Shown piece by piece: positions 41,087 through 53,759 of a stretch of DNA of 64,000 nucleotides; the stretch's first letter is position 1, and each line of letters opens with the position of its first letter. The notes under the pieces are model-generated. The model saw nothing but the letters and a program-made list of their open reading frames with translations. It did no database searches and was not told the DNA's origin. The translations under genes were made by a program, and so were the position numbers. Source of the stretch: Eledone cirrhosa (lineage: Eukaryota). The stretch lies in contig OZ024755.1 of assembly GCA_964016885.1 (NCBI GenBank), positions 40,796,001-40,860,000 on the forward strand, in the 5' to 3' direction.

Positions 41087-41205
41087 TCATTTAAAGTTTA
41101 CAATTTTTGGTCCTGAAGGTTTTAAAGTTTTCACATATTCCACAGGCTCCGCATCAACACTAGCAAAAGGGTCAATTCGTTCAGCTGTTAAATCATCAGC
41201 AGCAA
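41087..41205 (-). CDS. ZCCHC9: ZCCHC9 last coding exon (VAADDLTAERIDPFASVDAEPVEYVKTLKPSGPKIVNFK*)
   Basis: Acceptor TTTGGTTCTTTACAG, phase 1, TGA at 41089-41087. Confidence 0.87.
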
Positions 41206-44200
41206 CTGTAAAGAACCAAACAAAACCATATCAATGTTAAGTGCTGGAGACAGAAGGTAAAAAGGAATTTGAAAATAAAAAAAATAAAGGTAGGCAGTAC
41301 AGTTTATAATGTATCATTAACAACTAATGTATGTAGTCCCTATTAGCAAGGGGACAATAGGTTGTCATGGTAGCAGAGTCATTAGAATGTTGGATAGAAT
41401 GCTTTGTGGTATTCATTCCAGCTCTCTTAGTTCAAATCCCACCAAAGTCAACTTTGTCTTTCATCCATTCAAGGTCGATAAAAAAAAGGTACCAGTCCAG
41501 GACTGGGGTTGATTCTTCCTTTATCTCTTTCTCACTTTCTATCCTACACTGGAAGAAATCCCATGTGTTCAAACCTGAAAAGGGATAGGCTCCACCAGGC
41601 TTGAAATGGCCAGGAAACATTGTGTGGCACTACAGCGCCCCCTCCAGTTCAACAGGAGTTACAGGACTAAAGAAAGATAATAGGTTGTCAAAGACCAAGT
41701 CAGTATCTAATTGGAGCTCCAGACCTCTCTGATGGGCCAGGGGTCACATATCACTTATATACATTTCTTCACCCTACAGAATGCACCTGTGGCACCGACA
41801 GTATGGAAGTTGTCAGGTTTTCATTTCCAACTCTGTTAATACTGTTGACTTTATTTGAACATACCACATGTATTAATCTTCTCTGCTGTCTAATTACACT
41901 ATTCTACCCATTAAATTCTATATTAAATATTAAATATACCACTTGAACATACCAGATGCATTGATCTTCTCTGCTGTCTACTAATTCTACCATTCTATCC
42001 ACTAAATCTCACATTAAATATAACATGTACTCTTTAATCTCAAAGCCTACAATTTCGATACTCCCCACCACCCACACACAAAATCAACATGCTGGCTTTT
42101 TCTTTATTTTTAGCTCCAGTTGGAACCACTACCACTACCACCACCACCATTACCATCATCATCACCAGAAACAGCAGTAGATTACTGATTGAATTACCAT
42201 GTTAGCATACATTTAGATGAACCTAGAAACAAAGTTCTTTGTCGCTAACCTTCAGGTAGAATTTATCAGTGTGCCTCAATCACATTTACCTTGTCAATTC
42301 ACAGAACAAATTCCAAGAGTGCTGAACTCTCAAGGTGAAGTTGGTATTATGTTAATATGTATTATAAAGAGCATACAATTTGCTGAAGCTCTATATTCTT
42401 CCTGTTTCTGTACTGATGTTTTGGCCTTGTCTTGGCACCCCAATAAAATAAATATTTGTCATGTATCAGAAGATCCGACTTCCCACAGGAACAAGCCAAA
42501 GCTGAAGCATATAGACAATATGCCCCCACCCCCTCCCACTGCAAAAAAAAGCACCCAGCCCACACTGTAAAGTGGTCGTGTAGGCACCACAGAAAAAAAG
42601 CACCCAGCACTCACTGTAAATGAGGTTGGTGTTAGGAAGGGCATCCAGCTGTAGAAATCAAGCCAGAATCAGTTCCTGTATGAGCAAGGCAAGGTCAGCC
42701 AACTGGACACTGCTCACAACAGGACAACCTGTCTAACCCATGCTAGTGTGGAAGAACGGACGTAAAACGGTGATGATGTCATTATGGATTGCTGACAACT
42801 GTCTGATTTTCTAACTTTCATCTTCTTTAAAAAATATATATTATGAATAATATAAAATAGTTTTTTGTTTAGCCCCAGGCTGAGCAGATTTATGACAAAC
42901 CTTATTCTAAGACATAATGAAGGCGATTTTGCTGCTATTTTTAGGCTATTTCTCTTGATGTTTTAGGTCCTTCTAAGACATAATTGTTTCTACTTTTGGC
43001 ACAAGGCCATCAATTACCCAGTACATTACTGGTACTTTATTTTATCGACCCCGTAAGGATGAAAGGCAAAGTTAACTTCGGCGGGATTTGAACTCAGACC
43101 GTAAAGGGACGTAACTATGCTGGAAAGCATGGCGTCCGACCCTCTACCAATACTGCCAATCCACCGTTCTTCTAAGACATAATGATGTTTTAGGTCCTTC
43201 TGCTAAGAGTGGGAGCTTTTCAGAAGAATTCTGAGTATCATGAGTACAAAACACTATTTACCTTGTTGTTGTTGTAACTCAGGACAATCTTTTTTGTAAT
43301 GTTCCACAGAACCACATTCTCTACAACATCCACCTGAAGAAATTAAGCAAAAATTAATTAACTGACACATCAAACATAAGTAATTAAGTTTATAAATAAA
43401 ATTCAAAGCATGAGCATGGTGACTGTGAAAATGATGTGTGAGAAGGTAAAATATATATATATATGACCAACCTTTGCCAACAGGTAAAACGAACATTAAT
43501 CAATGATGATGGTGATAATTATATATATATATATATATATATGTATCATCATCATCATCATCATATATATATAGCATGAGTTAGACGGGTCCCATTTAAA
43601 GGCAAGTTGGGTCGGGGGTGACCGTGTCTCACTCATGTAGGGGTATTTCTGGCTGGTTTTCTATGGCTGGAAGCCCTTCCTAATGCCAACGACATTGACA
43701 GTGTGGGCTGGGAGGAGGGGGGTATACTCTATATATGCTTCAGTTTGTGCTCGTGGGAAGTCGGGTTTTCTGTATTACTGTGTATCGCCAGAGATCCCTG
43801 TCATCTGTCATCTCCTTATATACATATAACAAAGAGGGTGTGGTAAGATACCAGGTGGACCATAACGCACAAGAGTACTCAATACTTGGGGAAGTAGAGT
43901 GGGTAATTGTTTATTTTATATATATATATAGTCATCATCCTCATTATCATTTTGCATCAGTTTTTCTATGTTAGCAAGAGTTGGGCAAGTTGTCACAGAC
44001 TAAGTCAATACTTAATCAGAGCTACTGACCTCTCAGATGGTGCATGGGTTCCACATCTTGCTTACATCTGATCCCACATTCTACAGAGTGAACAGGGTGT
44101 GTTCTATCATGGCATCAGCACTTAGGGAGGTTGTCATATCTCTGACACAATTGAACAGTTCTCTCAAAATGTTTATCACACGGGTTCTGTAACTTGATAC

Positions 44201-47200
44201 CCTTCCTATCACCAGTTACTTTACAAAGTGTATTAGGTGTGTTTCTCATATAGATCACCAACACTAGGGAAATTGTTGTGTCTTTAACACAACTGAAGGG
44301 TCTATCTGACCCTTTGTTTGGTAAGCTTTCTATGGCTGGATGCCCTTCCTATCACCAACCACTTTACAGATTGTACTGAGTGTATTTTATTGTGGCACCA
44401 GCACTAGAGAGATCTTTGTGTCCTTGACATAGATTGAGAGTCCTCTCAACCTAGCATGGTTGCTATAGCCCATCCTTGCCTTTTTGCATGGTGTACAGTA
44501 GCTCCAGTACTAGAGAGGTTGTTATGCCATGACTGAAGGCTCCTCACAACTATTTTTGGTATGGTTTCTGCAGCTGGAAGCCATTCATAGCACCAGCACT
44601 AATAGCAAATATTGGGAATAAAGAAACATCTGAAAAAGAAAAGTGTATATGCAGCTGATATCTTGGACTTTTAAGAACCACTGAAGGGATAAAGTTAGTG
44701 TAAAGAATGGTCTGCTCATGGAAATTATATAAAATAGGGTGAAGACCCTTAAAGTCAGAAAAAAAGGTTGCCATTGGCTGCTATAAGGAATTGAACCCCA
44801 TATCTCACAGCAGTCGATGGCAACAATGGATAAGAGTGGGTGTGATGAACTCCAGCCTATCTTTACACAAAGAGGAATGAACTTATGTACACATCATCAT
44901 CATCATCATTTTACATCTGCTTTTCCCTGCTTGCAAGGGTGGGACAGGTCTTATTCAGCACAGCATCTCTCCACCTGTCACGGTCCTTCGTCCTCTCCTC
45001 CGTGAGTTTCAGCGATCTGAGGTCTGCTCTCACCACCTCCGCCCATGTTTTACGTGGTCTTCCTCTACTGCGTCTTCCTTCTACTGGGATTTCTTGGCAC
45101 TACTTTACCCAGCGGTCATCCTCTATGTGCATCACATGTCCATACCATCTCAGCCTTCTCTCCTGCACACCACAACTTATCCCTCTTATACCCAGTTTCT
45201 TTCTCAACTCGTCTATGCTTGGTCGTTCACGCACACTGACGTTGCACATCCAACAGAGCATACTTGCTTCATTTCTCTCCAGCTGTCGCATATCCTCTGC
45301 AGTTGCTGCCCATGTCTCACTACCATGCAGCATCACGTATTTCACACAGGCATCATATAACCATCCTTTCATACTGTTAACATGTATATATAACTGTTAG
45401 CACATGTATATATAACTGTTAACACATGTATATATAACTGTTAACACATGTATATATAACTGTTAACACATGTATATAATAACTGTTAACACATGTATAT
45501 AATAACTTAACACGTGCATATATAACTGTTAACATATGTATATATAACTGTTAACACATGTATATAATAACTGTTAACACATGTATATATAACTGTTAAC
45601 ACGTATATATAACTGTTAACACATGTATATATAACTGTTAACACATGTATATAATAACTGTTAACACATGTATATATATTATATAACTGTTAACACACCT
45701 TGTAAGTAGACGAGAAAACAGAACCCAGATCCCCTCAGGGAAATGGCCTTGCTCAGTATGTAGGAAAGGTGTAGGTAGGAACTCCATTCTCTGCCCCAAA
45801 TGCAAACAATGGGTACACAAGAGATGTAGCGGGATCTCAGGAAGCTTAATTAAGAATGTAGGCTTCACATGCAGCAGCTGTACTGGGACAGCAAGCAGCA
45901 AACAGCCACAGGAAACAAGTACCACCAATCTCTGGGAGGGCTCTGTAGAAACAGTAGACAGCTTCTGCTACCTAGGTGACCGAATTAGCAGCGGGGGTGG
46001 GTGTTCAGAAAGTACAATAACTAGGGTAAGAACGGGATGGAAGAAGTTTAGGGAACTACTACCACTGCTAGCTGCAAAAGGCTTCTCCCTCAGAATGAAA
46101 GGCAGACATGTATATATAACTGTTAACACATTTATATATAACTGTTAACGTGTATATAACTGTTAACATGTGTATATATAACTGTTAACACATGTATATA
46201 ATAACTGTTAACACATGTATATAATAACTGTTAACACCTACCGTTTGGATAAAGCCCCCGTGGGTTATCAGGACACTGGCTTGAAAGATGTCCAGTTTCT
46301 TTGCAGATGAAACACTTTGCATAAGCTAGATTATCTCCTGAAAATTAAGAAGAAAAGGAAATAGAAAGATCTCTATTTGTAGAAAGGATATAGATAAGAT
46401 GTTTCAAAATAGGAGTGAACAGCATAAAAAACATTGATTATTCGTGTATTTAGGGTATATACGAGGGAGGACTGAAAAGTTTGTAAGCTGATTATGGAGG
46501 AGTAGCGAAATATTGCAGCTCTTCTTAATAACTGTTTCTTTCTAGGGACTATATTTATGGCTACTTGTAGTTACATGGGTCTAATCATGACAGTGTTTAC
46601 AGCACCATGGAGCTACATGGGTCTAATCCTGATAGTGTTTACAGCACCATGGAGCTACATGGGTCTAATCCTGATAGTGTTTACAGCACCATGGAGCTAC
46701 ATGGGTCTAATCATGACAGTGTTTACAGCACCATGGAGCTACATGGGTCTAATCATGACAGTGTTTACAGCACCATGGAGCTACATGGGTCTAATCATGA
46801 CAGTGTTTACAGCACCATGGAGCTACATGTGTCTAATCCTGACAGTGTGTATGGCACCATGGAGCTACATGTGTCTAATCCTGACAGTGTTTATGGCACT
46901 GTGTAGCTACATGAGTCAAGTCATGACAGTGTTTATGACACTGTAGCTACATGAGTCAAGTCATGACTGTTTATGACACTGTAGCTACATGAGTCAAGTC
47001 ATGACTGTTTATGGCTACTTGGAGCTACATGGGTCTATTCCGAATGGTGCGAATTCAGAATTTTGGGCCTTTGCTTTCAATGGTAGACAGAGAAACAGCT
47101 CCTCTTATATAATATAGATTATAAATTGTAACAAAGATTAATATGGACTATGATGTAAAGAAACAACTTCAATCCTAAAAATGTAATCAGAATGTTAGCC

Positions 47201-50200
47201 ACAAACCTTTTACTCTACATTGTTTTAGTGAATGTTCTGTAGATCCACACTTAAAGCAAATTCCAGCTCCTTCTTCTGTAGCTTCCATCTTTGGACAAGA
47301 AGCCATGTTGTGACCTTTTTCACGACACTTGAAACAAATCTGAAACACAAAAAGTAATATAGATGTGTAACGCTAGCATGACCGACAGAGCAGAAGTGGC
47401 CTGAGAAAGAAGTTGAGTGTAAGGAATTGAATGTTGCATGCAAGAGAGAGTTGTATGTGCCAGTTGAGGGGAGCTTCAGTAGAGGGAAGCTAAGGAAGAC
47501 CTGGGCAGAAGTTGTCAGAGCTGATCTCATATCACTGAACCTCACATAAAAGATAATAAAGGACAACAAATAGAGAAATTCTGTGCTGGAAAAGACCTGT
47601 CCAACCCATGCAAGCATGGAAAAAATGGACATAAAACAATGATGATGATAACTAGCAAAATCAAATATGGCATTGTAATTCTGTATTGTTCACCCATCAT
47701 GAAAGAAATGTTGCTTCTTAATTATAATTTGCTATACTCTATCCTCGAGGAATAGAGGTTATGGAGTATCTGGAAGTCAAAAGATATTACATCAATGGTG
47801 CTGCACTGTTTCAAATATATCTTATGCTTATTACTAGTTCATATTAAAGTAAGATAAGCTATCATTGAAAGTGAAAAAGAAACTCCTTCAGATGTATGAT
47901 CTGTCTTTATTATGAGTGAGAACACTATGGTGGCTGGATCATTAAACCATTTATATAATTTATTAGACCCACAATTAAAAGTACAGTGCTGGGTAGTGGC
48001 ACAATATCACTACTTACCATAGGCACTATTTTTCCTTGGTTATGCTTCTGCTAGGCTAGCCAAAAATCATCCAAAAAGTATTTCTGCTAGTATTTTATAA
48101 AGTGTAATTTATCTTACTAGAATTTATTTCAACACCCTGACACGTGTGTGTATAGGTGTGCGTGTGTTTATGTGTGTATATGTGTGCGTATGTGCACATA
48201 CATACATTTATATATATGAGAGTATAAATATAAATGCACAAACACACTAACAAAAATACACACTCAAATTTATATATAGATTGTACATAGAAGTGTAGTG
48301 AATGTCAGATGTTGTTTTCTGTAGCTTGTTATCTTTTGTGTATGACATCATCACTCCTTCCTTCCTCAATCATATCTAGTGTGATGTCATCAACCCTTCC
48401 TTCCTCAGTCATCTCTAGTGTGACATCATCACCCATTCCTTCCTCAATCATCTCTAGTGTGATGTCATCACCCCTTCCTTCCTCAGTCATCTCTAGTGCG
48501 TAACGTCATCACCCCTTCCTTCCTCAGTCATCTCTAGTGTGCGACAGAAGAATGGACGGAAGTCGCTCAAATTTATAAATAGATAAATAAGTTGGCAGCC
48601 ATTATTAGCAGATTAAGTGACAGTACGTAGAGATTTGACTTGACATGAAATAATTTAATGTAGAGAGTGGCTTGTCATGGGACAGTTTAATGTAGAGAGT
48701 GGCCTGACATGGGACAGTTTAATGTATAGAGTGGCCTGACATGGGACAGTTTAATGTATAGAATGGCCTGACATGGGACAGTTTAATGTATAGAATGGCC
48801 TGACATGGGACAGTTTAATGTATAGAGTGGCCTGACATGGGACAGTTTAATGTATAGAGTGGCCTGACATGGGACAGTTTAATGTATAGAATGGCCTGAC
48901 ATGGGACAGTTTAATGTATAGAATGGCCTGACATGGGACAGTTTAATGTATAGAGTGGCCTGACATGGGACAGTTTAATGTATAGAGTGGCCTGACATGG
49001 GACAGTTTAATGTATAGAGTGGCCTGACATGGGACAGTTTAATGTATAGAGTGGCCTGACATGGGACAGTTTAATGTATAGAATGGCCTGACATGGGACA
49101 GTTTAATGTATAGAATGGCCTGACATGGGACAGTTTAATGTATAGAATGGCCTGACATGGGACAGTTTAATGTATAGAGTGGCCTGACATGGGACAGTTT
49201 AATGTATAGAATGGCCTGACATGGGACAGTTTAATGTATAGAATGGCCTGACATGGGACAGTTTAATGTATAGAGTGGCCTGACGTGGGACAGTTTAATG
49301 TATAGAATGGCCTGACATGGGACAGTTTAATGTATAGAGTGGCCTGACATGGGACAGTTTAATGTATAGAATGGCCTGACATGGGACAGTTTAATGTATA
49401 GAGTGGCCTGACATGGGACAGTTTAATGTATAGAGTGGCCTGACATGGGACAGTTTAATGTATAGAGTGGCCTGACATGGGACAGTTTAATGTATAGAAT
49501 GGCCTGACATGGGACAGTTTAATGTATAGAGTGGCCTGACATGGGACAGTTTAATGTATAGAGTGGCCTGACATGGGACAGTTTAATGTATAGAATGGCC
49601 TGACATGGGACAGTTTAATGTATAGAGTGGCCTGACATGGGACAGTTTAATGTATAGAGTGGCCTGACATGGGACAGTTTAATGTATAGAATGGCCTGAC
49701 ATGGGACAGTTTAATGTATAGAATGGCCTGACATGGGACAGTTTAATGTATAGAATGGCCTGACATGGGACAGTTTAATGTATAGAGTGGCCTGACATGG
49801 GACAGTTTAATGTATAGAGTGGCCTGACATGGGACAGTTTAATGTATAGAATGGCCTGACATGGGACAGTTTAATGTATAGAGTGGCCTGACATGGGACA
49901 GTTTAATGTATAGAATGGCCTGACATGGGACAGTTTAATGTATAGAATGGCCTGACATGGGACAGTTTAATGTATAGAGTGGCCTGACGTGGGACAGTTT
50001 AATGTATAGAATGGCCTGACATGGGACAGTTTAATGTATAGAGTGGCCTGACATGGGACAGTTTAATGTATAGAATGGCCTGACATGGGACAGTTTAATG
50101 TATAGAATGGCCTGACATGGGACAGTTTAATGTATAGAGTGGCCTGACATGGGACAGTTTAATGTATAGAGTGGCCTGACATGGGACAGTTTAATGTATA

Positions 50201-52856
50201 GAGTGGCCTGACATGGGACAGTTTAATGTATAGAGTGGCCTGACATGGGACAGTTTAATATATAGAGTGGCCTGACATGGGACAGTTTAATGTATAGAAT
50301 GGCCTGACATGGGACAGTTTAATGTATAGAATGGCCTGACATGGGACAGTTTAATGTATAGAATGGCCTGACATGGGACAGTTTAATGTATAGAGTGGCC
50401 TGACATGGGACAGTTTAATGTATAGAGTGGCCTGACATGGGACAGTTTAATGTATAGAATGGCCTGACATGGGACAGTTTAATGTATAGAGTGGCCTGAC
50501 ATGGGACAGTTTAATGTATAGAATGGCCTGACATGGGACAGTTTAATGTATAGAATGGCCTGACATGGGACAGTTTAATGTATAGAGTGGCCTGACGTGG
50601 GACAGTTTAATGTATAGAATGGCCTGACATGGGACAGTTTAATGTATAGAGTGGCCTGACATGGGACAGTTTAATGTATAGAATGGCCTGACATGGGACA
50701 GTTTAATGTATAGAGTGGCCTGACATGGGACAGTTTAATGTAGAGAGTGCAAATTGAGTTCTGCTGTCTTTATTTCTGATGATAGCCACAGAGGGTGTGA
50801 CCATGATGGATTTGATCGGGGCAACAAAGTTTTGTTATTTACTTGTGCATGCCACTGGGACTATGTAACCCAGTACAACCTGCTTCATCAGTTAAATAGC
50901 TTCACCAACCTGTAGTTGGCCAAGTGTGGTGAGTACAGCTATGCCCCTGACATGACCAAAACCAAACAGAAAGCAGTGGAGGTCAACCAGGGATAGGTTC
51001 TTCCAACAAAAGTGAGAAGGCCCTAGATTGGTATGCATCATAATATGGTATTTCGAGTGAATGAGGTCAATGATGTTATTGTTGTAAATGAACGCAGTAT
51101 GGCTTGATGATTAAGAAGTTTGTTTTGTAATCATTAAGTCCCAAGTTTTATTCCACTGTGTGGAGTCTTGGACAAATGTCATTTACCAAAGGCTCAGTAA
51201 ATACCTTGTCAGTGAAATTGGGAAGACAAGAATTGTTTGGAAGCCTGTTAGATGGACTGTACTTGTAATTCAAAAGACCAGCTTTATCCCCTTCTGAATC
51301 TCCCTGAGAATTACATTAAGGGTTTATGTATCAGTGGAATGCTTAGTCACTTACATGTTAATTTCATGAGCAGGTTACTCCATTGATTGAACAATTGAAA
51401 CACTCATCGTCCAACACAGAAGTCCATATATATAATATACACCCTTTGTGTGTTTGTCTGCATTATATAGGAGACATGAGTGAAAGGATATATAGTATAG
51501 ATCAGAGGTTCTCAAAGTGGGTGCTACTGCCCACTGGGGAGGCATTGAGAAGGTCCAGGGGTCACTGGGGGTAAAGGGAGTGGTAGAGATGATATAATAG
51601 TATATTAAATATCAAATGATACAAATATATTAAAATAAAAAATATATATTTATTTATACATAGTATATATTATATTCATCATCATCATCATCATTTTACA
51701 TCCGCTTTTCCCTGCTTTCAAGGGTGGGACGGATCCTATTTAGCACAGCATCTCTCCACTTGTCACGGTCTGTCATCATCATCTCCGTGAGCTTCAGCGA
51801 TCTGAGGTCAGCTTTCACCACCACCACCCATGTTTTTCGTGGCCTTCCTCTACTGCGTCTTCCTTCTACTGGGATTTCTTGGCACTTCTTTACCCAGCGA
51901 TCATCCTGGTCATCACATGTCCATACCATCTCAGTCTTCTCTCCTGCACACTACAATTTATCCCTCTCAGACAGTTTCTCTCTCAACACATACATGCACC
52001 TCCTCCCATGCTAATCTGATCACCTAGGTACTGGAAACTATCAACCACTTCTATAGAACTTACCTGCATTTGAAAAATGTGTCTATCACTGCGATTACTA
52101 CTGCCAACTTTCCCTGTACATCTACTGCATACGTAGTTTCCTTACCTCTTAGTTTGCCTGCTATCCCACTATATCTCTTGTGTACCCAAGATCTGCATTG
52201 CATACATTTTATAGAATTTATGCCAGTTCCTTTCCCATATATTGAACATGGCCATTTCCCTGATGGAATCAGAGTTTTGTCTTCTTTTCTACTTATCAAC
52301 ACTTTTGTCTTAGCTATGTTATTTATTATATATAAATTAATGATTTTATTTATATATTATTTACAACTTGCATGTAGGCAGGTCTCTCTGGAAATAGGGT
52401 TGGGGGTGTGCTGAGGGTGTTACATGGCCGTGAGGGGGTGGACCAAACAGTTTTAGAACCTCTGGTGGATATAGACAAGAATAAGAAAAGAGAGAATATT
52501 GGATAAAAATTAAGAGGAGGAAAGTAGACGATGAGTTAGACATTTTAACTTACTGTATCTTTGTCTCGACCATCAACTCGCTTTTGACGTCGCTTTTCTC
52601 GTTTCTGATTTCGTTTCATGAAATCTAGCATCATGTCTTTTTCACGAACAGAAGCTGACTTTTTGCTGCTTCCGGCATTTTCTAAACGGAACTGTGCAGC
52701 TGATGTAATATTTCTATTTACATGTTTTTCATAATTCTTAGATTCAGCTGCTTCAGTTTTGGGTCTTTTCTCAGAGTTCTTCAGTTCACTCCAGCTACTA
52801 GCATCGTGGGGTCTTTTTTCAGTAGCAACCAAACTACGTCTTGCCCAACGAACCAT
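41087..52856 (-). CDS. ZCCHC9: Zinc finger CCHC domain-containing protein 9-like, 5 coding exons, 240 aa: join(52554-52856, 47207-47339, 46242-46337, 43262-43333, 41087-41205)
   Basis: All introns are GT-AG and phases are compatible (0,1,1,1); 723 nt in frame. N-terminal MVRWAR, basic REKRRQKR segment, four CX2CX4HX4C knuckles, CPDNPRGLYPNGG motif and C-terminal PKIVNF match ZCCHC9 architecture. Confidence 0.92.
42982..43165 (-). mobile_element. tRNA-derived SINE in the last ZCCHC9 intron
   Basis: Near-identical to 37100-37270. Flanked by the direct repeat cttctaagacataat, a probable target-site duplication. Confidence 0.85.
43262..43333 (-). CDS. ZCCHC9: ZCCHC9 coding exon 4 (GGCCRECGSVEHYKKDCPELQQQQ)
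   Basis: Acceptor TTTCTTCAG, donor AG|GTAAAT, 72 nt, contains one knuckle. Confidence 0.92.
44890..45372 (-). mobile_element. RTE-like LINE 3' fragment with (GAT)n tail
   Basis: LYDACV..MLHGSETW...RRLRWYGHV and downstream RGRPRKTW-type motifs. Related copies at 47380-47650, 51678-52310, 55015-55350 and 60428-60992. Confidence 0.85.
45372..46237. repeat. Minisatellite of about 22 bp (TAACTGTTAACACATGTATATA), split by an RTE fragment at about 45698-46105
   Basis: Tandem units on both sides of a GC-richer LINE piece (SGKWPCSVCRKGVGRNSI; VDSFCYLG). Confidence 0.9.
46242..46337 (-). CDS. ZCCHC9: ZCCHC9 coding exon 3 (GDNLAYAKCFICKETGHLSSQCPDNPRGLYPN)
   Basis: Acceptor TTAATTTTCAG, donor G|GTAGGT, 96 nt. 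Confidence 0.94.
46553..47040. repeat. 42-bp intronic minisatellite ATGGAGCTACATGGGTCTAATCATGACAGTGTTTACAGCACC
   Basis: About 11 tandem copies, decaying at both ends. Confidence 0.94.
47207..47339 (-). CDS. ZCCHC9: ZCCHC9 coding exon 2 (ICFKCREKGHNMASCPKMEATEEGAGICFKCGSTEHSLKQCRVK)
   Basis: Acceptor TTTTGTGTTTCAG, donor AG|GTTTGT, 133 nt, two knuckles. Confidence 0.94.
48340..48541. repeat. 39-bp minisatellite, about 5 copies
   Basis: Units of tcatcacc.cttccttcctca.tcatctctagtgtga. Confidence 0.9.
48654..50748. repeat. 32-bp intronic minisatellite GGCCTGACATGGGACAGTTTAATGTATAGART, about 65 copies
   Basis: Highly homogeneous tandem array with one main A/G variable site. Confidence 0.98.
51095..51420 (+). 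mobile_element. Diverged tRNA-derived SINE
   Basis: Head gcagtatggcttgatgattaagaagtttgttttgtaatca..., then cttggacaaatgtc...aaataccttgtcagtgaaattgg...gaagcctg. Confidence 0.6.
51678..52310 (-). mobile_element. Internally deleted RTE-like LINE fragment
   Basis: PSGKWPCSIYGKG..NSIKCMQC..WVHKR and GRRSRGRPRKTW motifs, with a (GAT)n tail. Confidence 0.82.
52554..52856 (-). CDS. ZCCHC9: ZCCHC9 first coding exon (MVRWARR...DKDT)
   Basis: ATG at 52856, donor |GTAAGT at 52553. An upstream acceptor TTCCTCTTTCAG| at 52900/52899 implies an untranslated exon further right. Confidence 0.9.
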
Positions 52857-52966
52857 TTCTTCAACAATGACAGGAAATACTCAGGATTTCAATTTGAAAC
52901 TGAAAGAGGAATAAATAAGATATTAAATGTATATAAAACACTCAAACATACTTATATATAGATATG

Positions 52967-53225
52967 TTTCTTTTATTTGCCACCAGGGCATCAAAAGTGG
53001 GACAAGTACAATGGGGGGAGTTTACAAAACAAGGCGTCCTCAATAAGGAGGAGGCAATAACAATATATAAAAATAAAATAAAATATAACAAAAATAGAAT
53101 TTATAACAAAGTCCTCAATAGAGAGGAGGCACCTTGGGGGGTCACACACACCCCCGAAAAAAGTGTGCAACCCTTTTCCTCAGGAGCACAGAGAAGGGGT
53201 GCTCCCTTGGTCTTTCATCTTCCTC
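52967..53225 (-). mobile_element. 3'-UTR-only copy of the L1/Tx1 element at 33820-35978
   Basis: Reverse complement closely matches 35719-35978, including the AATAAAAGAAA end. Confidence 0.92.
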
Positions 53226-53759
53226 GATAAATATCATTTAACATCAGCTTTCCCTACTAGCAAAGGTTTTATATATAATCGCACTAATAATAGAAAGAAA
53301 AACTGGAAATAAGTAGGTGAAGTAAAGACAGCTCAAAATACAGTAATTTATTATAATAAACAGTACAAAAGACTGTTTCATACTTCCTTGACAGATTTTT
53401 CAAACAGGCATGTGTACAAAATCCTATTGTGTTGAAAATAATAATCACGCATGAAGCAAATTATTCATTAAAATATTTACGTTAAATATTGATTTACAAT
53501 TGATTCGTCCCTTATTGGGACTTATGAAAATCAATCATCTATGAGTAAATACCTCAACATATTGTCTCACCACACAGACCAACATATTGTCTCACCACAC
53601 AGATTAACAATTCATGGTCAAAACGTTTGTTTACATTTATTAAGACACCATACTGTTATAAGAGAACTTATCTAGTTACAGAGGCATACAAATCATGTAC
53701 TATCCAACCATATTTGGTAATACTTTAATGAATAATTTTCTTCATGCATAAACATTATT

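Noticed and set aside
46557-46946. Repetitive membrane-protein ORF (MGLIMTVFTAPWSY)n
   Set aside because: It is a 42-bp minisatellite lying antisense within a ZCCHC9 intron.
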